From a virus: DNA of 64,000 bases. Below are positions 57,513 to 64,000 of this stretch, piece after piece. The number at the start of each line of letters is the position of its first letter. The stretch's first letter is position 1. The stretch spans positions 18,134 through 82,133 of IMG/VR virus record IMGVR_UViG_3300025141_000055. One strand, written 5' to 3'. The position numbers and the translations under genes were made by a program. The notes under the pieces are model-generated. The model saw only the letters and a list, made by a program, of their open reading frames with translations. It was not told where the DNA came from and did not search any database.

Positions 57513-57974
57513 TCATAGCGGGTGGTGATTCCAGCCAAGGTCAGGAATGAAGACATACATGTATTCACAGGAGCTATTAAGCCAGTACTTCTTGGCTGAC
57601 TTGAGCGTTGCCTTAGTGATTGGCGGATCGCCGTAGTCACTACCGGTAGCATTCCAAGGACCGTCGTCACCTCGCTCCCAGTGATATAGGGGTTGAGGAC
57701 CTCGGTCACCTTCCTTGCAGAAGTAGCCCTCCGCATCACGGATGACCTCATTGTTTTCGTCCCTGAGCATGCTGTCGGCGTAAGTCTTCCAGGTATCTCG
57801 GGTGCGGAGACTCGACATTGAGCCTGGCTTGATTAGTGCCTTAACCTTTTCGAGCGAGTTGTAGTGCTCTATAAGGATTGGCACTTGATGTTTTGGATAG
57901 CCGTCCCAGTGGCAGTAGACCGCACGAATGCGGCCACATGGCAACTGGTAGCCAATAGCAGATCGTGTTCCCAT
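57513..57974 (-). CDS. conserved phage early protein (MGTRS...YCHWDGYP type)
   Basis: MGTRSAIG...VYCHWDGYP...EYMYVF. Confidence 0.75.
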   Translation of the reverse strand: MGTRSAIGYQLPCGRIRAVYCHWDGYPKHQVPILIEHYNSLEKVKALIKPGSMSSLRTRDTWKTYADSMLRDENNEVIRDAEGYFCKEGDRGPQPLYHWERGDDGPWNATGSDYGDPPITKATLKSAKKYWLNSSCEYMYVFIPDLGWNHHPL

Positions 57975-58053
57975 GGTTAGAACTCCAATAGTGGGTCAGG
58001 AATACCCCTGAAAGCAGGTGCCGTCAGGGGTGATGGTTAGTAGCCTTTGAGTC

Positions 58054-58443
58054 TCATGGGTACTCTTCGGTGGGGTTGTCTTCGAGAGCTAGATCCATGA
58101 TGGAATTAGAGAGTTCCTCGATAAAATCTTGAGAACCGTGATTACAGTTGCTTAGGTGGGTATGGACATTTTCGTAGCCTCTCTTCTTTCGTTCCTCCCA
58201 ATCAAGGGATATCCAGCCCTCCGTCGCTTCGAGGGCTTCATTATTTGCGATCGTTTGCTTCTCCTCTTCGGTGTATTCCGAAGCTTCTTTTGGGACAACA
58301 ACTCCTTGATCGCAGAATTGGACTGAAATCCCGTATCCAAGGAGGATGTACGAGAGGTCTGACAGCTTGCGGTGTTCAGATTTCGCTATTCGAGATAGCA
58401 GGTCGTACTGTTTGTCTTTAAGTTGAATTGAGAGCGTTTTCAT
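58054..58443 (-). CDS. ribbon-helix-helix-like early protein
   Basis: MKTLSIQLKDKQYDLLSRIAKSEHRKLSDL. Confidence 0.6.
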   Translation of the reverse strand: MKTLSIQLKDKQYDLLSRIAKSEHRKLSDLSYILLGYGISVQFCDQGVVVPKEASEYTEEEKQTIANNEALEATEGWISLDWEERKKRGYENVHTHLSNCNHGSQDFIEELSNSIMDLALEDNPTEEYP

Positions 58444-58534
58444 AATGTTGATGTTGATGTTGATGTTGATGTTGATGTGATTGAGTGCTGAGGATGAGCT
58501 CAGCAGGGAACCCCTTAAGGGCTCCGTGTTGAGT

Positions 58535-58720
58535 TCACATAAACAAGTCTGGGTGTGACTTCTTTAGTTCCTCTGTAAGTTTGTCTAGTTCCTCATCTGT
58601 TCGTTCATAGATGTATTCATCCACTACTGCATATAAGAGGTCCGTATTCTCCTTACATGCGTAATAAAGAATGTTGCACATCTTGATCCGACGCTTAAGA
58701 GGTCCCTTTGTGTGAGGCAT
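58535..58720 (-). CDS. early hypothetical protein
   Basis: ORF track; ends in repeat A. Confidence 0.55.
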   Translation of the reverse strand: MPHTKGPLKRRIKMCNILYYACKENTDLLYAVVDEYIYERTDEELDKLTEELKKSHPDLFM

Positions 58721-58880
58721 GGTAGTGACGTAATGTAAGATAAATTCGGCACCAAAACTCAGTATCTATCTCAGTGGTGTAGTCACCTTGAGTTAGGAGA
58801 AGTTCTAGTAATTCTTTCCATTCCTCGTTGTTTAGACGAAGTTCAGGTTTAGAAGGGGTGTCCATCCGATAGCCCCACAA
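58695..58880 (-). CDS. early hypothetical protein
   Basis: ORF track; likely start MDTPS. Confidence 0.45.
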   Translation of the reverse strand: MWGYRMDTPSKPELRLNNEEWKELLELLLTQGDYTTEIDTEFWCRIYLTLRHYHASHKGTS

Positions 58881-58924
58881 GGCTGTGAGTCGGGAACAGA
58901 TTAGCCGAGGATTGGTTCAATTGA

Positions 58925-59155
58925 TCAGCCCTGCTCTGAGTAGTTGGTGAACTCGTAAGTAGGCCGAAAAACATCAGCAGATCTGACGACTTCAAACCAT
59001 GGGTAGGCCATGGAGAACTCGCTAGGTGTTGCCTTGAAATCTGCTTTGATCTTTTCAATCCATTGATTAGCTGCAACCCTGCTTGAAAAGCTGCCACAGA
59101 AATCAGTGGTGCCTTGGTCGTGGCAAACGACTGAGTAAGGATCAAGTTTGTTCAT
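58925..59155 (-). CDS. early hypothetical protein
   Basis: Follows repeat C and a CA-rich leader. Confidence 0.6.
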   Translation of the reverse strand: MNKLDPYSVVCHDQGTTDFCGSFSSRVAANQWIEKIKADFKATPSEFSMAYPWFEVVRSADVFRPTYEFTNYSEQG

Positions 59156-59226
59156 CGGATTAAGGGGTGGTGTGTGTCCCCCGAAGGGGAATGCTCAGGG
59201 GAGCCTTGAAGCTCCCCAGCAGGCCT

Positions 59227-59430
59227 TTACCTGATGAGCGGTTGAGTCAGCTCCTTGCGGGCTGTGTCGAATGCCCCTGGGAAGAGGACAAAATCAAAGG
59301 CTGTTTTGTAGTTGTGGCCTTTGTTAACCATTAGAGCGATAGTGAAGCTGATCGTTTGTTCGTTGGTGAGCTGTTGCTCTTCGGCGAAAGTGAAAGCCGC
59401 ATCTTGAAGCTCTTGTAGTGGGCGAAGCAT
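59227..59430 (-). CDS. early hypothetical protein flanked by direct repeats
   Basis: Lies between the two copies of repeat C. Confidence 0.6.
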   Translation of the reverse strand: MLRPLQELQDAAFTFAEEQQLTNEQTISFTIALMVNKGHNYKTAFDFVLFPGAFDTARKELTQPLIR

Positions 59431-59522
59431 TGGATTAGGGGGTGATGTGTAGTGCCCTTTCGGGCAATGCTCAGGGGAGCCTTGAAGCTCCCCAGCAGGC
59501 CTTTACCTGATGAGCGGTTGAC

Positions 59523-59867
59523 TCAGCGCGACATGGAAGGTTGGGGATTGTGCCCTGCATCCGGGAATGCTGGGGTGTACTCTTGTTGGGCCTTAAGGCC
59601 TGTAGCTACTTCAAAGAAGTAGAGAGCATCTATATTTTCGCCTCCAATGTGCCACCAATGAGGACCCATTGGCGTGGCCTCTTCTTTCCAGTCGTAAACA
59701 TAGAACCCTTCAGAGGTGTGATGAGGGGTCATAAATTCAATGCTGACTTTACCGTCAGAATCATCTAAAGGTTCAGAATATGAACCCTTTCTTATGTAGC
59801 TTGGTTCACCTAACTTTTCTACCAATGTTTGGTAGGTCGTGTGAACGTAACCTTGTAGGCTGCTCAT
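59523..59867 (-). CDS. conserved phage early protein (SLQG...YDWK...WHIGG type)
   Basis: MSSLQGYV.TTY..LVEKLGEP...DGKV..EF...YDWK...WHIGG. Confidence 0.75.
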   Translation of the reverse strand: MSSLQGYVHTTYQTLVEKLGEPSYIRKGSYSEPLDDSDGKVSIEFMTPHHTSEGFYVYDWKEEATPMGPHWWHIGGENIDALYFFEVATGLKAQQEYTPAFPDAGHNPQPSMSR

Positions 59868-59947
59868 GTTGTTGATGATGTGATGTGAATAAAGAGTGGT
59901 TTGAACCACTCAGGGAGAGAACCCTAGGGAATCTCTCCGGGAGTGAG

Positions 59948-60112
59948 TCAGTCCTGGTGCAAAGAGGGGTTCCGTTGTGCGGCTGTTAAGGAGGGGTGGT
60001 CATACCAATCCTCTTCAACATCCTCCGGAGCAATGTCAGGGTTGACATCCTCTTGCCCCTCATTAATTAACTCTTGCATTTCCCAATAGTCCAGGTTGTA
60101 AGGAGAGCTCAT
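59948..60112 (-). CDS. small acidic protein (54 aa, not in ORF track)
   Basis: ...EEDWYDHPSLTAAQRNPSL; ATGA coupling. Confidence 0.6.
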   Translation of the reverse strand: MSSPYNLDYWEMQELINEGQEDVNPDIAPEDVEEDWYDHPSLTAAQRNPSLHQD

Positions 60113-60282
60113 TTGTTTAGACCATTAATAGAATTTTCTAGCTCGTCGACTAGCTGATGTAGATTCAGCCATTCTTCGTCGCTCATCTTCCATTGATGGC
60201 CATGCACTCTCATTTCATTTTTGAACCAGGATCCTGCAATAGTTGCGAGGGTATCGGCAGAATGAACTTTGATGTAAGTCAT
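60109..60282 (-). CDS. small protein (57 aa, not in ORF track)
   Basis: MTYIKVHSAD..., after a CATCAACATC leader. Confidence 0.55.
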   Translation of the reverse strand: MTYIKVHSADTLATIAGSWFKNEMRVHGHQWKMSDEEWLNLHQLVDELENSINGLNK

Positions 60283-60349
60283 GATGTTGATGTGTAGAAA
60301 ATGCTGGAAGTGAACCCAGCAGGGAGCCTCGAAAGGCTCCGGGACGGGA

Positions 60350-60673
60350 TCAGTTTGTGGAGTTTTTAAAGATCGGTTTGCGTAACTCTTCTACTCCGTC
60401 CGTTACCCACTGCTTGAGGTTTTGGTAACCACAACGGCACCAGGTATAGAACGCTGGTCTTTCCCTGAGGTCGTTCTTAATACCGGGCTTTACCCAGTAT
60501 TCGTATATATCCCCAAGGGTCAACTCTTTGGAGTCCTTAAGTTGCACCTTCTCGGTCTTTAGCTGCGTGACTTGCTTCTCAAGGTCCTCAATGTATCCCT
60601 TGCGGGCCTCGAGGTGTTCAGTGAGCAGCTTGATAGTCAGGCGCCCCTGTGGATCAACTTTAGGGTCGATCAT
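60350..60673 (-). CDS. early coiled-coil protein
   Basis: Follows repeat D. Confidence 0.6.
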   Translation of the reverse strand: MIDPKVDPQGRLTIKLLTEHLEARKGYIEDLEKQVTQLKTEKVQLKDSKELTLGDIYEYWVKPGIKNDLRERPAFYTWCRCGYQNLKQWVTDGVEELRKPIFKNSTN

Positions 60674-60756
60674 CTGTTTTCTCCGTGGTGTGTGAATGAG
60701 TGGTTTGAACCACTCAGGGAGGGGACCAATTACGGAACCCCTCCGGGAGTGAGTCG

Positions 60757-61059
60757 TTAGTTAATACTTAGTGAGTAAGTATTTTCTAAATAGGAGTAGA
60801 CAGCGCCCCATATTTCAGTAGGTGGGTATTGCCCGGCGGTGTAGTCAAAATCATTTGCATCCACCGTTAGGCGGCCATTGCTGGACCTCCCCACCATTAG
60901 GGGTGTGTCTCCCAGAAAGCCGTAGCGACTCATAACTTTCTTACGGTCTGAATCTCTACGGGTCTTGTCCTGTTGCCATGCTTCCCGTGTCCCGTAGTCA
61001 AGGGTATTGATACGGGCTTGACGTTTTGCGTAAGCAAAGAGATCGTTTAAAGATTTCAT
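60757..61059 (-). CDS. early hypothetical protein flanked by repeat D copies
   Basis: Start MKSLND; DYTAGQYPPTE. Confidence 0.6.
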   Translation of the reverse strand: MKSLNDLFAYAKRQARINTLDYGTREAWQQDKTRRDSDRKKVMSRYGFLGDTPLMVGRSSNGRLTVDANDFDYTAGQYPPTEIWGAVYSYLENTYSLSIN

Positions 61060-61138
61060 CAGGTTTGGGGTGTGGTGTGAATGAGTGGTTTGAACCACTC
61101 AGGGAGGGGACCAATTAAGGAACCCCTCCGGGAGTGAG

Positions 61139-61372
61139 TCAGTCCTCTTTGTCTTCGTGTTTCTCGAGGGTGTATTCGAGATCAGCCAGACTGTCTAGGA
61201 CACCAACGATTGGGTGCTCTTCTTCTTCCCAGTTGTACCAAAGATCTTCGCCTGTATTCGCTCTAAACTCGCGTAAGGCTTTAATAACCTCGGCCGCGGC
61301 GTCTATGAGGAACACCGTTTGATCGACGGTCAACGTTGAAGAATCAAGCAGCTCAGGTAGTTGGGGGGTCAT
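61139..61372 (-). CDS. first early gene, acidic
   Basis: Start MTPQL. Confidence 0.55.
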   Translation of the reverse strand: MTPQLPELLDSSTLTVDQTVFLIDAAAEVIKALREFRANTGEDLWYNWEEEEHPIVGVLDSLADLEYTLEKHEDKED

Positions 61373-61589
61373 GGTGAGTAACCGGTGTGGATAAGAGAGG
61401 CGTGAGCCCCTCATTCAGCCGTCATGGCTCAAGGAGAGGGTCAATTTATTCCGGTTGATCATTAATGATCATGACCAAATTCGCTCAGCTGGTAATAAAT
61501 ACCTAGTAGGTTGATTGTGCGGCCGGTAGGCAACAACCCGGAAGGAAAGACTTAAAAGTAAAAGCACTCATAAAGAGCACACAACGCAC

Positions 61590-61733
61590 CGAACCTAAAC
61601 CGGTTCTAGTTCGTGTCCAAGTTCTGTCCATCCGGATTGATGATAGGAAGGGAATTCCCTGCCCACCTTCCCTGCGGGCCCCTGCGTACCTGCTGTGTAG
61701 ACAGATACGCGAACCTAAACCGGTTCTAGTTCG
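61590..61733. repeat. two 24-bp quasi-palindromic direct repeats, 120 bp apart
   Basis: CGAACCTAAACCGGTTCTAGTTCG at 61590-61613 and 61710-61733. Confidence 0.85.
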
Positions 61734-62049
61734 GGCGCGCGGGTATACACATCCACATTGAGCGGGTGACCTGTGCACATTATTCAATTATCAAGTTAAG
61801 TTTCGCGGCGTCTCGTGGTCTGGTTCTTCACTTGCGACGTTGGCTCATCACCAATCTGTCTTAACAAGGTTCACAGTCCGCGTCGTTCGCTAACTGAAGT
61901 CTAGCTACTTAAGGCAGCTTGTCGGAACATTTAAGGATTAATTAAACATTCGCCGACTTAAGTAAAAATACTTAGGTCGCGTGACCTAATTACATCATAC
62001 TCGATTATGTCAACATAATGGCATTCCTTAACAATTTCTTAACAATCGG

Positions 62050-62310
62050 CCTAGTGTTTACGTTAAATTAGGTATAATTACCTAGTTAAGTATTATAACA
62101 AGTAGGTATATATACTTAGGCATTTATACTTAGTTAAGTAGTGTAACAATTAGGTATGTATACTTAGGCATTTATACTTAAGTATTAATACTTATTGATT
62201 ATTACTTTTAAAAATTAAGTATATGTACCTAGGTACAAATGATGATAGGTATAACTACTCACCCTAGGTATCGATACTCATAGGTATAAACACCTAGGTA
62301 CTTATGCCTA
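62050..62310. other. AT-rich iterated region at the strand switch (candidate origin or packaging/terminus site)
   Basis: Multiple TAGGTA motifs, a duplicated ATACTTAGGCATTTATACTTA, and short palindromes; no credible ORF. Confidence 0.55.
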
Positions 62311-62519
62311 CCCACAATGTGTAATTTTCCAGCCTGCCCGCAATCCCCTTTTTTTTATATATACGCGCTGGGCGACGGCGGGGGCGAGAAGGGTCTAGGT
62401 ATCTTGGCGGTATTTTGGGGGTAAAGTTTTTGACTAGTAATATACTAACAGCTGCCCTAAAAAAAATCCAGGAGTGTAAATAAAGGTTAAAATAGACTCG
62501 ATGTCTTATAAATAAAGTC

Positions 62520-63032
62520 ATGTCTGCTTACGGGCCTGGTGCTGTCCAACTGGGAGCCGGAGTTCCAGGATTTAAATTTGGTGAGGTATCCGAGCCTGCT
62601 GAAGTTCCTCTTGGCCATGAGCACTGGAATATGAATAAAACAAATCCGGGTTGGTATCACGGCGACCCCTATGCGCCTTCTCCTGCTGGTGGTTTTCCTG
62701 ATCAATATCAGGGAGCACCAGCTCCAGCCGAAGCTACCGAGCATTCTCAGTTTATTGACGCAGTTAACCAGCACATCGCCCAAATGCACCTGGCGCGTGC
62801 AATTCGTGGAATTTTAGAAGAGCCTCCGGGTACTAGCCCTCAGATTGAGCATCCAAGGGGTACTAGCCCTCAGTATCCAACTCGAGAAGAACCTCTCTGG
62901 GGTCCTCCTGTCCCTGGCGCTGGTTCTTCAACTGAGTATCCAACTCGAGAAGAACCTCTCTGGGGTCCTCCTATGCCTCGAGAAGAACCTCTCTGGGGTC
63001 CTCCTATGCCTCGAGAAGAACCTCTCTGGTGA
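62520..63032 (+). CDS. Pro-rich protein with REEPLW(GPP) tandem repeats
   Basis: TAAAAT box at 62488; CTCGAGAAGAACCTCTCTGG at 62881, 62944, 62977 and 63010. Confidence 0.65.
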   Translation: MSAYGPGAVQLGAGVPGFKFGEVSEPAEVPLGHEHWNMNKTNPGWYHGDPYAPSPAGGFPDQYQGAPAPAEATEHSQFIDAVNQHIAQMHLARAIRGILEEPPGTSPQIEHPRGTSPQYPTREEPLWGPPVPGAGSSTEYPTREEPLWGPPMPREEPLWGPPMPREEPLW

Positions 63033-63103
63033 GAAGATGGACCTCACAGAGATTCAATTAGTTAGGGGAATATGCCCGTCTTCCGCTAAAGAGCAATTGA
63101 TTA

Positions 63104-64000
63104 ATGTTTAGACTCGCAGGACAAAATCCAAGCGTAGAAGAGCTTGTTTATATTCCCAAGCCTGGCGGTCGCGAATGGAAACATCCTGTCCTCAAACCAG
63201 GGATGGATGGCTTTAGCGGGCCGCCAACGCTTGAACCTATTAAGCCATATAACCCTAGTGAAGACGAGTCGGAGTTCATTCCGCTGGATTTAGCCCATAG
63301 CCACGAACGTGTTCATAAGCATCGATGGAATCAATGGCCAGATCCGGGGTACAAGGATGATTCGACATTTATAGATCTTGAATATAGACCCGGATGGAGG
63401 GAACGCCATCCAAACGGTCCAAAGGAGTTGGAGAAGCTTATTCCTTACAACCCGAAAGATGACCCAGGTAGGGAAATTGATTATCTAGCTGAGTTGCGAT
63501 ACCCACTAAGTAGACCCGTTCCTATGCCTGAATATAGGCATCGGCCAGATCCTCATTTCCCTAACTCCAGGCCAGTCCCTATACCGGAATATCAGCCGCC
63601 GGTAGATGGTCGTTGGGGAGACGCTATTCCAGTACCTATGCCTGAATATCGAGTTCCAGGACATGGGGGGTATTACCCGCAGGTAAGTGATAATACTTAC
63701 TGGGCTGGCGAAAGATTAAATATCCCAAAGGAAACATTAATAGCAGCGACACCAGGCGAGATGAGGCTCATATTAGATAAAGTCACTCAGAGGTTTAAGA
63801 ACGGTCAGTTAACAGTAGAACAATTACGATCTGCGCTTGTCGAAGCAGCCTTCATAGCTAATCCGAAGGGAGAGGGGACGCACCTGAAGCAAATGATTGA
63901 CAAGGCATACGAAAATCCTCTAACCAGCTTCCTTGTATCAAATCCCGATGCTGCCCAAGCTCTTGCCAAGAAGAGCTTGCCCATGCTTCAACAGTTTGGC
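63104..64000 (+). CDS. Pro-rich protein, truncated by the window end (not in ORF track)
   Basis: Open frame MFRLAGQNPSVEEL... to 64000; PVP(M/I)PEY occurs three times. Confidence 0.7.
   Translation, partial: MFRLAGQNPSVEELVYIPKPGGREWKHPVLKPGMDGFSGPPTLEPIKPYNPSEDESEFIPLDLAHSHERVHKHRWNQWPDPGYKDDSTFIDLEYRPGWRERHPNGPKELEKLIPYNPKDDPGREIDYLAELRYPLSRPVPMPEYRHRPDPHFPNSRPVPIPEYQPPVDGRWGDAIPVPMPEYRVPGHGGYYPQVSDNTYWAGERLNIPKETLIAATPGEMRLILDKVTQRFKNGQLTVEQLRSALVEAAFIANPKGEGTHLKQMIDKAYENPLTSFLVSNPDAAQALAKKSLPMLQQFG

Larger units (their letters stand above)
57369..61140 (-). repeat. family of structured intergenic repeats (A, B, C, D)
   Basis: A 57369-57454=58455-58540; B 57476-57513=58000-58037; C 59190-59245=59466-59521; D 60690-60755~61075-61140~59885-59949; related element near 60301-60352. 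Confidence 0.9.

Noticed and set aside
57370-57516. N-terminal extensions of ORFs 57007-57516, 59523-59909 and 60757-61098
   Set aside because: They translate the intergenic repeat elements (NINININ, MVQTT); the true starts follow the CA-rich leaders
59229-59540. Hammerhead ribozyme (CTGATGA core, twice)
   Set aside because: No GAAA after the candidate stem II (GACA at best); it lies on the non-coding strand and is explained by the gene tail QPLIR*
61590-61733. Mini-CRISPR array
   Set aside because: Only two 24-bp copies with a 96-nt gap, and no cas genes
1-64000. tRNA, tmRNA or rRNA genes
   Set aside because: No cloverleaf or rRNA signature recognised by eye; tRNAscan-SE or ARAGORN would be needed to exclude them formally

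Overview
The whole window is part of a tailed dsDNA bacteriophage genome, most likely a cyanophage of picocyanobacteria. Support for that host comes from two NblA-like genes, a cyanophage-type outer-membrane beta-barrel, three 2OG-Fe(II) oxygenases, thioredoxin and an HLR1-like site. Layout: 1-35 kb is mostly + strand virion/late genes (GT17 glycosyltransferase, portal-like, scaffold-like, major capsid, putative internal proteins, lambda-type lysozyme, fibre proteins, four tail-collar proteins, lysin-like). 35-49 kb is a - strand replication module (primase-SF3 helicase, PD-(D/E)XK exonuclease, SSB-like, family A DNA polymerase). 49-61.4 kb is a - strand early region (VWA + MoxR/RavA ATPase + DUF3150-like, thioredoxin, MarR, and an array of small genes separated by repeated hairpin elements). 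61.4-62.5 kb is a non-coding strand-switch region, possibly an origin or terminus. I saw no terminase, integrase, tRNA, CRISPR array or reverse transcriptase. Most notable observations: (1) a pair of divergent, complementary NblA homologs; (2) duplicated tail-collar genes whose predicted tip segments are DNA-identical while the flanks have diverged; (3) an early gene-cassette array built on covarying structured repeats that carry leftover gene tails; (4) pervasive Ser-Gly motifs in outer virion proteins alongside a phage GT17; (5) a small gene split in frame by a 561-bp insertion; (6) a 113-bp exact exonuclease fragment captured by another gene; (7) an RxAG motif shared by unrelated orphan proteins; (8) several enzymes whose catalytic motifs are lost. 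All family calls come from motif recognition by eye, not from database searches.
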